From: Candidatus Daviesbacteria bacterium
Lineage (GTDB): Bacteria > Patescibacteriota > Microgenomatia > Daviesbacterales > UBA10151
Assembly: GCA_016187035.1 (NCBI GenBank)
Contig: JACPKL010000007.1
Location: 1-43,477, forward strand
DNA: 43,477 bases
Direction: 5' to 3'
Shown here one piece after another: positions 1 through 8,283 of the stretch (its first letter is position 1; every line of letters starts with the position of its first letter). Made by a program: the position numbers and the translations under genes. The notes under the pieces were generated by a model. The model ran no database searches and had not been told where the DNA came from. It worked only from the letters and a program-made list of their open reading frames with translations.

Positions 1-2
1 AT

Positions 3-542
3 ATGGTGACTGTTACCTTCTTTGACTCAACTGTCAAATCTACTTCAGATGCGGTTCAGTTGCGATACGCCTGGTCTCCTGACTCAGGCGCAGTAATTAA
101 TGTCCCCAACTGGTCAGAGATTAAATTCCGAGAACCGGTGGAGGTTGGAGGATTTACCTCACGTAGAGTGGAGTTAGGGCAAGGGGAAATAGAGGTAAAG
201 ATAAGAAATAACAAACCTGCTGAAAATCAGTTTGGTATAGATGCAGGTTGGTTGGGCGTAACAGCCAGCAGAACACATTTTTGGGTTAGCCAAAGTGAGG
301 ATAAGAAAGTGGCCGTGATTGGTGTTTATGAGGGAGAAGTGGAGGTTAAAACTAAAGATGGACGAACAGTTAAAGTTAAGACGGACACAGATAAGCCGGG
401 AGTGGCGGTGGTTTCCCAAAAGCTTTCTCCTGTCAAACTGGCTATTGCTGGTTTGGTGTTAGTGTTAATTATCGGCGGTACAGTTTTGATTCTAAAGAGA
501 AAGTTTGCCTCAATAGTAACAGGTAAAAAGAGATCAAAATGA
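3..542 (+). CDS. Membrane-anchored hypothetical protein, possibly FecR-like beta-rich domain; may be 5'-truncated at the window edge
   Basis: 179-aa ORF; beta-rich region (VELGQGEIEV, VIGVYEGEVEV) resembles FecR-type repeats; C-terminal TM helix followed by a basic tail. Confidence 0.55.
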   Translation: MVTVTFFDSTVKSTSDAVQLRYAWSPDSGAVINVPNWSEIKFREPVEVGGFTSRRVELGQGEIEVKIRNNKPAENQFGIDAGWLGVTASRTHFWVSQSEDKKVAVIGVYEGEVEVKTKDGRTVKVKTDTDKPGVAVVSQKLSPVKLAIAGLVLVLIIGGTVLILKRKFASIVTGKKRSK

Positions 543-561
543 GTTCAATAAAAGGCTTGTC

Positions 562-1527
562 TTATTGCTTTGCCTTTTCCTCCGGTGGTTGGTAGTCCGA
601 GTTGAAGTATTGATAAAACTGCTCAACCTCACTATAAATTCTTCTTGACTCTGCTGCTTTTGCATTGAACTGACTAACCATGTTATTAAATTGTGGAACA
701 AGATCATTATAACCATCAATATTGCCCGCATTTTGATATGCAGTTAGCTGACTTTTAAGCGTCTTAAGCTGATTGTTGAGAGTGGCGAGTTCAATATTCA
801 ATGCATCTATTCCTCTCACCCTACTGTTAAACCCTCCGTTTTTGTAAAGTTCCACAACCTTCTTACGATCTACAAAGTATTGTTTATAGTGTTCTTCCAA
901 TTCCGGTGAAAGGTTGGTGTACTCCACGCCGAACTTTGAGTGTAACTCACTGTGGATATCATCTTCTCTTTTGTTAGCTTTCTTATTGAGAATATCAATG
1001 ACAGTCTTCAAATGCGGATCGTCCTGGTGTTTTGACAACTCCTGATCCAAAAGCGCATTGAGCTGCTCTTTTTTGCTGGAACGTACTCGCTTATAGGCTT
1101 CGTGCAGCATTTCATGGACAGAGGCTGCATACTTATGATCCGCAAATTTTGAATCGTCAATTTTTAAAAGAAATATCTGCCTTCCTGCAAAAGGCCCTCT
1201 GTCAGGGCTTGGAGCAATACACGCCAGAGGTTCAGCTCCTCCTTTGACGCGACAGTATTTCACGAAGCTGTCCACATCCACCAATTGCGGATCTGCTCTA
1301 TAGAGAATAGCCTTCCCTTTGTCGGTCAGAGTATTTTTCTCTGCCAAATCTGCTATTTCGGCTGTTGGTTGATAGGTTTTCAGAAATTTTTCATCTGAAT
1401 CAAGAAGCGTTTTTACAGCAACAAAGGTAAAGATTACAATAAACAAAACTACCGGGATTGCCAGTATAATCAAGACTACCCTCAGACATCCAATACCCTT
1501 CTTCTTTTGTAATGGTTTTTGCGCCAT
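562..1527 (-). CDS. Membrane-anchored putative Zn-metallopeptidase-like protein with C-terminal coiled coil
   Basis: N-terminal basic stretch plus TM helix; HExxH motif (HEMLH); heptad-rich C-terminus. Confidence 0.65.
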   Translation of the reverse strand: MAQKPLQKKKGIGCLRVVLIILAIPVVLFIVIFTFVAVKTLLDSDEKFLKTYQPTAEIADLAEKNTLTDKGKAILYRADPQLVDVDSFVKYCRVKGGAEPLACIAPSPDRGPFAGRQIFLLKIDDSKFADHKYAASVHEMLHEAYKRVRSSKKEQLNALLDQELSKHQDDPHLKTVIDILNKKANKREDDIHSELHSKFGVEYTNLSPELEEHYKQYFVDRKKVVELYKNGGFNSRVRGIDALNIELATLNNQLKTLKSQLTAYQNAGNIDGYNDLVPQFNNMVSQFNAKAAESRRIYSEVEQFYQYFNSDYQPPEEKAKQ

Positions 1528-1590
1528 AAATACCTAATACCAGTTTAGTAATAAAAAATACAGAAAGTCAATGACTAACTTCTTCCAGCG

Positions 1591-3090
1591 CTAAATTTGT
1601 GTGTATCCAGGAAAGTAATCTGTTTTAATTTGAGATTTTCTAATTCCGTTTTCTTTAAGCATGTTTGCATAAGCTACAACCATTGGTTGAGGACCTGATA
1701 AATAATAAATAGCCTGGGTAAAATTTTTGACATACTTCCTAAGCATCCCGCAGGTAATATAACCAGTCTCTCCTTGCCAGGATTTTGGACAATCCCCGGA
1801 TATTACATAAATAATCCTTAATCCTGTTTTCTGCCGGGCCTGGGTAAAAATATCTTCAAATATAAATTCTTTAGAAGAAGCTGTGTAAAACAGTACAATA
1901 GAAAGCGAGGTATTTGTATCAAGCAAATGCTTAATTATGCTCCGAAACGGAGTAATACCGATTCCTCCGGCAATAAACACATATTGTTTATCAACTTCCT
2001 GAGGTTGAATAAAATCACCGGCTAATTTTCTAACATGAATGCTTTCTCTTACAGATAAGCTTTTAAGCGCAGACTTAAAACTGCTGGATTTTTCAGGAAT
2101 TTTGACAGCAAGAATTATCTCTTTTTCTGTTGGACTTGAGGCAATAGTAAAATACCTTCTACTCCCCCTGCTGTCTGGATGGCTGTGTGGTAAATTCCAT
2201 TCCAAGTATTGTCCTGCTTTATAATGAATTGGCTGCAAGGGTTCAAAAATAAACTCCCAAAGTGTTGGGGCAATTTCTCTTTTCTTTTTCAGCATCAGAG
2301 TATATGTGCCGCCAGATTGAACTATCCTTCCAGCCAAATTTGCAACCAGTAAAGATAATTCTAATGTATAAGGAATATTAAAGAATCTTTGTAGGATGAT
2401 AAAAATAAAAGCGGTAAAAATTCCATAATATGTTAATACAGTCTTATCTGTAGGAGAGGTAATCGGTTCAGTCAGCATTACAAAACTGAAAAAAAGTACT
2501 GAAGAAGCAAAAAAAATATTTAAATCAAATAAGAAGTTCAGATTGCTCAAACTAAGAAAAGCGAGAAAGGTCATTAAGAAAGCAAAAGTCAAATTAAATA
2601 GGTGTAGTTTACGAAGGATTATCAGTCCTCCCAAAATAACAAAAGGCGCCATATTTAAATTGCCTATCCACCAACTGGCTCCTTTGCCAAAAATAACAGC
2701 CGTTAAAAAAACAGCAAAAGCTGCAGGATTAAAGATGTGCTGCCTATGATAAGCAACAAGGTATTTAGAAGCCATTGCAAAAATAGGAGTAATTGTCAGA
2801 AAAAAGAGATTGGGAAGAAGGGGTAATGGCCCAATAATTAAAGCAAGTATGAATCCGCTAATAAATTGAGATTCATAATTTGGCTTAACATTAAAAATTA
2901 AGCCTAAAATTTGATTGGCTATAAAACAGACTGCAATAAGATAAATTCCGTCTGTCAGGATATCAAGCGGATTAAATGGTAATATATGGAAGAAACTGAG
3001 AATAACAGCAGCAGCAAATAACAACTTCAAATACCATAGCATCAAACAATACATGGTAATACCATTTAGAAATGTATCAAGCTTCTGCAT
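1591..3090 (-). CDS. Membrane oxidoreductase: RnfD/NqrB-like TM domain fused to an FNR-type FAD/NAD(P)-binding domain
   Basis: HIFNPAA and MLTEPITSP motifs typical of RnfD/NqrB; C-terminal RYFTIASSP, FIAGGIGITP and YYLSGPQPMV motifs of the ferredoxin-NADP reductase family. Confidence 0.85.
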   Translation of the reverse strand: MQKLDTFLNGITMYCLMLWYLKLLFAAAVILSFFHILPFNPLDILTDGIYLIAVCFIANQILGLIFNVKPNYESQFISGFILALIIGPLPLLPNLFFLTITPIFAMASKYLVAYHRQHIFNPAAFAVFLTAVIFGKGASWWIGNLNMAPFVILGGLIILRKLHLFNLTFAFLMTFLAFLSLSNLNFLFDLNIFFASSVLFFSFVMLTEPITSPTDKTVLTYYGIFTAFIFIILQRFFNIPYTLELSLLVANLAGRIVQSGGTYTLMLKKKREIAPTLWEFIFEPLQPIHYKAGQYLEWNLPHSHPDSRGSRRYFTIASSPTEKEIILAVKIPEKSSSFKSALKSLSVRESIHVRKLAGDFIQPQEVDKQYVFIAGGIGITPFRSIIKHLLDTNTSLSIVLFYTASSKEFIFEDIFTQARQKTGLRIIYVISGDCPKSWQGETGYITCGMLRKYVKNFTQAIYYLSGPQPMVVAYANMLKENGIRKSQIKTDYFPGYTQI

Positions 3091-3120
3091 ATAGCTATCC
3101 CTTTTTATGATATCACGAAG

Positions 3121-3152
3121 GAGGTTGGAAGCTAACTAACCCCTGGGGTTAA
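3121..3152. repeat. REP-like palindrome, family A (AACCCCTGGGGTT), preceded by a half element
   Basis: GAGGTTGGAAGCTAAC-TAACCCC-T-GGGGTTA; the arm contains the stop codon of ORF 3149..3520. Confidence 0.8.
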
Positions 3153-3520
3153 TGGCTGATAAATCTGTAGTGATTATGTAGATAATAAATGGTGCTACCT
3201 GCTGATCCTAAAATAACCCCTGATAAAATTAAACCATCTTGCACAGACCCTGGTAACTCATTAAATACTTTATGAGCAAACTTCAATCCTTCGACAGCTA
3301 GGTAAGCTCCTCCCCAAGAGGTTAATGCCACAAATCCTGCGGCTGTCAAAACTCCAGCAGTATAAACAATTGGTTTACCTGCCCTCTCTCTTAATCCCCT
3401 AGCGAAATTGGCAGATTGCTGCATAGGATTCTCACATCTGGGATCACCAATTGTAGCTGCATAAAAGGATTCTTCAACTGATAATTGCTCAAGGCCTGGT
3501 CTAGCTTCTACGTTTCTCAT
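3149..3520 (-). CDS. Hypothetical membrane protein
   Basis: 123-aa ORF with two hydrophobic segments; start overlaps the stop of the upstream ORF (TAATG coupling at 3520). Confidence 0.55.
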   Translation of the reverse strand: MRNVEARPGLEQLSVEESFYAATIGDPRCENPMQQSANFARGLRERAGKPIVYTAGVLTAAGFVALTSWGGAYLAVEGLKFAHKVFNELPGSVQDGLILSGVILGSAGSTIYYLHNHYRFISH

Positions 3521-3738
3521 TAGTTCTGTCCCCCTCCTGGGGTTGGGTCTGCTCTTTGGCCAGGTATTAAAGGATTAGGAACCGGGCCGCCTATCCAAAT
3601 ATCAGCTACAAACCCGGTTTTCGGGTTAAGTAACCCTCGTACATCAACACTAACACGAGTTATTCCTCCACCTATCTTTCTTTCTATTCTTTGGCATACT
3701 ACCGAAGCTACCGAAGATCTCTCCCTTTCCACAATCAT
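3520..3738 (-). CDS. Small hypothetical protein
   Basis: 72-aa ORF; TTGACA (3769-3774) and TGn-TATTTT (3745-3750) lie just upstream, with the -10 box 6 nt before ATG. Confidence 0.5.
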   Translation of the reverse strand: MIVERERSSVASVVCQRIERKIGGGITRVSVDVRGLLNPKTGFVADIWIGGPVPNPLIPGQRADPTPGGGQN

Positions 3739-3798
3739 ATTTGCAAAATATCATTATTTTTTCCTTCATGTCAAGAGGTAATTGTAAACCGATAGTTA

Positions 3799-4035
3799 TC
3801 AGTAGTTTTGCCGATACCCAGGGGGTGAAACGGTCCCATCAGAAGATACAACAATTCTTAAACCCTTAGGTGCTCGGGTAACCCAACTCTCATTCGGAAA
3901 AATCAGGCAAGTATTGTCTTGGCTTAATAATTCAACGGTTTTATTTCGAGCAGCAAAACGAATGTAACCCACTTTAACAGGCTCAGTAATGTTTGGATAG
4001 GACACAATATATTCGTTTGGTTCTGATTCTGGCAT
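3799..4035 (-). CDS. Small hypothetical protein
   Basis: 78-aa ORF; perfect TATAAT (4046-4051) 10 nt upstream of ATG. Confidence 0.5.
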   Translation of the reverse strand: MPESEPNEYIVSYPNITEPVKVGYIRFAARNKTVELLSQDNTCLIFPNESWVTRAPKGLRIVVSSDGTVSPPGYRQNY

Positions 4036-4061
4036 AATCCGATAGATTATACTATAAATAG

Positions 4062-5099
4062 TTAATGGTTGTAACCGATGGTGAGCAAGTCTTTATCTAA
4101 TTCTTTAAAAGAAATATTAGCAAGTCTGGTTGCTTCTTTGATGCTTTTAACCCCTCCAATCAGTAGGGGAGCATGAAAAGCATAAACTTTATCAACCACT
4201 TTTGCCTTTATAAAGCTATCTAAGACACTTCTGCCTCCTTCAACTAGCACACTAATAATTTCTTTTTGATAAAGTATATTTAGCAGTTTGGAGACTGCTA
4301 TTTTTTCATCAAAAATAATCACATCAAACCCCATTTCTTGCAGTTTTCCTAACTTGGTCTGATTAGCCAGATTAGTTGTGATGATTAAAACTTGTCTGTC
4401 ACGTAAAACTTTAGCCTGAAGAGGTATTCTAAGAGTAGAATCTAAAATAATTCTAAAAGGATCTTTAAATCCTTTAGTTCTAACTCCCAAATGCGGATCA
4501 TCAACCAAAACAGTGTTAATGCCCACACAAACTCCCTGGTATTGACCTCGCAATGTTCTGGCAAACCTTCTTGACTGCTGATTTGTAATCCACTTTGCAT
4601 CCCCTGTCTCTGTGGCTAGTTTGCCATCCAAAGAAGCTGCAAATTTAATAGCCACAAAAGGTCTTTTCTTTATATGATAAGTAAAAAATGCTTCGTTAAG
4701 CTCTCTTGCCTCCTTTTCCATCACCCCCTCTGTTATCTCAATCCCTGCCTGCTTTAGAGCAGCTATTCCCTGACCAGACACTCTTGGGTTGGGATCAATG
4801 TTTGCACAAATTACTTTACTGATACCTGCTTTAATGATTGCGGGAGCACAAGGCGGGGTTCTGCCAAAATGAACGCATGGCTCCAAATTAACATACAAGG
4901 TTGCCCCTTTGGCATTGCCTTTACATGATTTTAATGCTTCAATTTCTGCATGGGGAAAACCTGCCTTTTTATGATACCCCTCTCCAATAACAGCAGCGTC
5001 TTTTACTATAAGACTTCCCACCATGGGGTTAGGAAAAGTATGTCCCATGCCTTTTTTAGCCAAATTGATGCATTCTCTTAAATAATCTTCATCTTTCAT
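4062..5099 (-). CDS. ribD: Bifunctional riboflavin biosynthesis deaminase/reductase RibD
   Basis: PNPMVG, HAE and PCVHFGRTPPC zinc-deaminase motifs; KFAASLDGK and LVEGG reductase motifs; operon context. Confidence 0.97.
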   Translation of the reverse strand: MKDEDYLRECINLAKKGMGHTFPNPMVGSLIVKDAAVIGEGYHKKAGFPHAEIEALKSCKGNAKGATLYVNLEPCVHFGRTPPCAPAIIKAGISKVICANIDPNPRVSGQGIAALKQAGIEITEGVMEKEARELNEAFFTYHIKKRPFVAIKFAASLDGKLATETGDAKWITNQQSRRFARTLRGQYQGVCVGINTVLVDDPHLGVRTKGFKDPFRIILDSTLRIPLQAKVLRDRQVLIITTNLANQTKLGKLQEMGFDVIIFDEKIAVSKLLNILYQKEIISVLVEGGRSVLDSFIKAKVVDKVYAFHAPLLIGGVKSIKEATRLANISFKELDKDLLTIGYNH

Positions 5100-5101
5100 A
5101 A

Positions 5102-5136
5102 TTTAGCTTGCAACCTCGAAGGTTGCTGCCTAAACT
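5102..5136. repeat. REP-like palindrome, family B (CAACCTCGAAGGTTG)
   Basis: TTTAGCTT-GCAACC-TCGAA-GGTTGC-TGCCTAAACT; overlaps the ribBA stop codon. Confidence 0.9.
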
Positions 5137-6347
5137 CTGGTCAATTTGTGACCTAATTTATGCTTTTTAGCCAAAAGGTAGTTGCGGTTTATTTTATTAG
5201 GGGTAGCCTCCAAAGACACCATACTGACAACATTAATACCATACTTTTGCAGCTCTTTGACTTTTTGAGGATTGTTGGTTAACAATCTGATTTGAGTAAA
5301 ACTTAAATCTTTTAATATTTCAGCAGCTATCAGGTAATCTCGGGCGTCAATTGGCAAACCCATTTTCAAATTAGCTTCCACTGTATCTATACCCTGATCT
5401 TGCAGGAAATAAGCATGGATTTTATCAATCAGCCCTATTCCCCTACCTTCCTGATTAAGATATAGGATTAATCCACCCTCTTTACCAACTTTTTCCATGC
5501 TTTTAACAAGTTGATCTCCACAGTCACACCTTAATGAACCAAAAGTATCTCCTGTTAAGCATTTAGAATGGAGCCTGACCAGAGAACTCCCTTTAATATC
5601 TTTTGACTGTAACACCACATGTTCTAAATTCTCATGAACAGATTTGTAAACAATCATCTCAAATATTCCATATTTAGTGGGTAAAATGGAGTTAGCTTTT
5701 TTAACCACTGAAGGCGCATGGACAATTATTTGGGGATTTTTCTTGACATATCTGATTAAATCAGTAATTGCCACCATGTTAAGCTTAAATTTTTTGGCAA
5801 ATTTTACCAAAGCTGTGATGTTGGCCACTTCCCCGTTTTCCGTCAAAATTTCACACAATACCCCTACAGCAGGAAGATTTGCCAGCTTTAAAAGTTCAAT
5901 AGTGGCCTCAGTGTGGCCCTGACGCTCTACTAACCCGCCTTGTGCAGACAACAAAGGAAAAACATGGCCAGGACGGACTAAACTATCAGGTTTAGCTTTT
6001 GGATCTGCCAAAGTTTTGATGGTTAAAACCCTGTCTGAAGCAGAAATACCAAAAGAAGAGACATTTTTGCTATCCACTGAAACAGTAAAATTTACTGCTG
6101 TTTTTTCCGTATTTTCATTAGGCGCAACCATTAAAGGCAAATCAAATTGATGGATTTGTCTTTTGGTGATTGGCACACAGATCATTCCCCTGGCATATTT
6201 AAGCATAAAGTTAATTTCCCCCTCTGTAACAGCATGGGAGGATATAACCAGATCTCCCTGGTTTTCCCTATCAGGTTCATCTACCACAATCAACATCCTG
6301 CCTTTTTTTAAATCATCTATGGCCTGTTCAATAGTAGAAAATTTCAT
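5130..6347 (-). CDS. ribBA: Bifunctional DHBP synthase / GTP cyclohydrolase II
   Basis: DRENQGD, RPGHVFPL and GHTEA (RibB motifs); RLHSKCLTGD, CDCG and QEGRGIGL (RibA motifs). Confidence 0.97.
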   Translation of the reverse strand: MKFSTIEQAIDDLKKGRMLIVVDEPDRENQGDLVISSHAVTEGEINFMLKYARGMICVPITKRQIHQFDLPLMVAPNENTEKTAVNFTVSVDSKNVSSFGISASDRVLTIKTLADPKAKPDSLVRPGHVFPLLSAQGGLVERQGHTEATIELLKLANLPAVGVLCEILTENGEVANITALVKFAKKFKLNMVAITDLIRYVKKNPQIIVHAPSVVKKANSILPTKYGIFEMIVYKSVHENLEHVVLQSKDIKGSSLVRLHSKCLTGDTFGSLRCDCGDQLVKSMEKVGKEGGLILYLNQEGRGIGLIDKIHAYFLQDQGIDTVEANLKMGLPIDARDYLIAAEILKDLSFTQIRLLTNNPQKVKELQKYGINVVSMVSLEATPNKINRNYLLAKKHKLGHKLTRV

Positions 6348-6348
6348 G

Positions 6349-6777
6349 TTAGATTTTACCGATCAGCTCAATCATTTTTAAAGCAGTCAAAGCTCCTTCT
6401 ACCCCCCTGTTATCTGAAGTACCCTGCGCGCGCTCGATAGCATCTTTCAGGTCATAAACACACAACACTTCAAAAATAACCGGCAGTTCAAACTTGAAAG
6501 ATACATTCATACAGCCCCTGATACACTCATTAGCCACCTGCTCAAAGTGATAAGTTTTCCCTTTTAAAACAGCTCCAAAAACTATAATAGTATTATACTT
6601 ACCTTTTTTGGCTAATTTTTTGGCCACCAAAGGTATTTCCAAGGCTCCGGGTACCCAAAAAATATCTACCAGGCTTTCAGCTACCCCTTTTTCTTTAAGT
6701 GTTTTAAGGCAGTTTTTTACAAGGCTTTTACTTATTTCCAAATGATATCTACTGGCAATAATTGCTAATTTTTTCAT
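6349..6777 (-). CDS. ribH: 6,7-dimethyl-8-ribityllumazine synthase
   Basis: VPGALEIP and GAVLKGKTYHFE motifs; 142 aa; operon context. Confidence 0.96.
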   Translation of the reverse strand: MKKLAIIASRYHLEISKSLVKNCLKTLKEKGVAESLVDIFWVPGALEIPLVAKKLAKKGKYNTIIVFGAVLKGKTYHFEQVANECIRGCMNVSFKFELPVIFEVLCVYDLKDAIERAQGTSDNRGVEGALTALKMIELIGKI

Positions 6778-7349
6778 ATTAGTTTTTCTATATATTTTGC
6801 TAATATATCCACCTCAATATTAACCAAATCTCCTAAGTTCAGCGTGTGGAGCATTGTATTATTCCAGGTAAAGGGAACAATTCCAACAGTAAAAAAATCT
6901 TTTTTAGTGTCAATAACTGTCAAAGAGATCCCGTTTATAGCAATCGAGCCTTTTTCCACAATGTACCTGCTTAAGTTTATAGGCACAGAAAATTCGATGA
7001 TTTTGCCATTTTTGTCTTTGACTGCCCTGACAACCCTAGCTACCCCATCAATATGCCCCTGTATAATATGTCCTGACAGGAAAGTTTTTGGGGTAACAGG
7101 CAATTCCAAATTAACAATGTCATCTTTTTTTAAATTTATTAACATGGTCCTGCTTAATGTTTCAGGCATCACTTCCACAGAAAAACCATTTCTAGTTTTT
7201 CTTAAAACTGTCAAGCAAATACCGTTAACAGCAATGCTTGCACCTTTAGTTAATTTCTTACAAAGCTGGGAAGAAGCAGAGAAGACAAAAATGAACCCAT
7301 CTCTTTTTTCTAATTTTCCTAAGTTGTTGATTATGCCGGTGAACATCAT
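6774..7349 (-). CDS. ribE: Riboflavin synthase alpha chain (start revised from 7361 to ATG at 7349 or 7346)
   Basis: Canonical N-terminus MFTGII; GASIAVNGICLTV and GHIIQGHIDG motifs; the longer ORF start lies inside the riboswitch. Confidence 0.95.
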   Translation of the reverse strand: MMFTGIINNLGKLEKRDGFIFVFSASSQLCKKLTKGASIAVNGICLTVLRKTRNGFSVEVMPETLSRTMLINLKKDDIVNLELPVTPKTFLSGHIIQGHIDGVARVVRAVKDKNGKIIEFSVPINLSRYIVEKGSIAINGISLTVIDTKKDFFTVGIVPFTWNNTMLHTLNLGDLVNIEVDILAKYIEKLI

Positions 7350-7472
7350 TCTCTCTTTCATCCCGACTGTACGGTCGCTGCAGGAGTTTCACCTGCTCAT
7401 CCACGTACCAGACGGTACGCGGTCGTGGAGTTTACCACCGATTAGGATTTTCACCCAAACCCCGAAAGAACA
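7350..7472 (-). ncRNA. FMN riboswitch (RFN element)
   Basis: Minus strand reads TTCTTTCGGGGTTTGGGTGAAAATCCTAATCGGTGGTAAACTCCACGACC...CAGGTGAAACTCCTGCAGCGACCGTACAGTCGGGATGAAAGAGAG, matching RFN hallmarks; directly upstream of the riboflavin operon. Confidence 0.95.
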
Positions 7473-7478
7473 ATTAAT

Positions 7479-7507
7479 ACTATAGCCTTTTTTTGAAAAA
7501 TTATCAA
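7479..7507 (-). promoter_or_regulatory. Sigma70 promoter of the rib operon
   Basis: TTGATA (7507-7502), 17-nt spacer, TATAGT (7484-7479); predicted TSS about 7472 at the riboswitch 5' end. Confidence 0.75.
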
Positions 7508-7508
7508 C

Positions 7509-7556
7509 CAGCTTCCAACCCCAGGGGTTAAATACGTTCAAACCCCAGGAAATAGC
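7509..7556. repeat. REP-like family A elements (about 1.5 copies) downstream of RAYT-1
   Basis: AGCTTCC-AACCCC-A-GGGGTT-AAATACGTTCAAACCCCAGG immediately after the transposase stop codon. Confidence 0.85.
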
Positions 7557-7557
7557 T

Positions 7558-8226
7558 TTATTCTAAGGTTAAATGCTTTATCATTCCCAATTCCCTTTGG
7601 TAATCTGCCTGATTAAACACAAATTCCCTATATTTCTTCTCATTAATAATACCTAAAATTTGCTTAGTATCCACAAAAGGATATCTACCCTCACCTATAT
7701 AATTTAATAAAGATGACCAGGGATAACTTTCTAAATCTTTAATCTCCACTAAATAGCTGGTGGAAGGGTTTAAATGAATATATCTTGAAACATGTAAAAA
7801 CTGTTCTTCTGTAGTGATTCTGACGGTTTTGAACATTGGCTGGAACAAAGGACCGTTTCTAGCAGATTTAGCATTAAAATATTTAGCATAGCTATTCTGT
7901 AAATTACTTATAAATTTAACAATCCCGCGGTCAAGCTTTTGTTTTAGGAGAAAGTGAAAATGATTATCCATCAAGCAAAAAGCTAATATCTCTATATGCA
8001 GATGATTTTCTTTTATTAAATCATCAAAAATTTGTTTTCTTTGCTCTCTTTCTATATTTTTTAATTGAGAAAAACTAACTGGAGTATTCTTAAAACGGTA
8101 GTAATTTATCAAATCCAGGAAACGTAAAAAATCTATTGAGGTTGAAAATATCGGTATCCCTGCAACAGCCCTATTAAACACATGGTAAATTTCTGAAGTG
8201 ACTATGGGAACTTTTCTATATGGCAT
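7558..8226 (-). mobile_element. REP-associated tyrosine transposase (RAYT/TnpA-REP-like, HUH Y1 family), copy 1
   Basis: YHVFNR, FCLMDNHFHFLL (HUH), YAKYFN, RYIHLNP (catalytic Tyr) and YPWSS motifs; family A palindromes on both sides; no tnpB nearby. Confidence 0.9.
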
Positions 8227-8237
8227 AATTCAATTAT

Positions 8238-8283
8238 AACCCTGGGGTTCAAAGCTAATCAACCCCTGGGGTTTGAACGTAAC
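8238..8283. repeat. REP-like family A doublet upstream of RAYT-1
   Basis: AACCCTGGGGTTCAAAGCTAATCAACCCCTGGGGTTTGAACGTAAC; encodes the C-terminus and stop of the adjacent substrate-binding protein. Confidence 0.9.

Noticed and set aside
3816-3832. ACCCAGGGGGTGAAACG as a family A copy
   Set aside because: Stem too degenerate and feet not recognisable; could be chance in a Pro-Pro-Gly coding stretch
7350-7361. ORF-track start of ribE at 7361 (MKERMMF)
   Set aside because: It lies inside the riboswitch P1 strand; riboflavin synthases begin MFTG, so 7349 or 7346 is preferred
6844-7485. 213-aa plus-strand ORF
   Set aside because: Antisense shadow of ribE and the riboswitch; no recognisable motif
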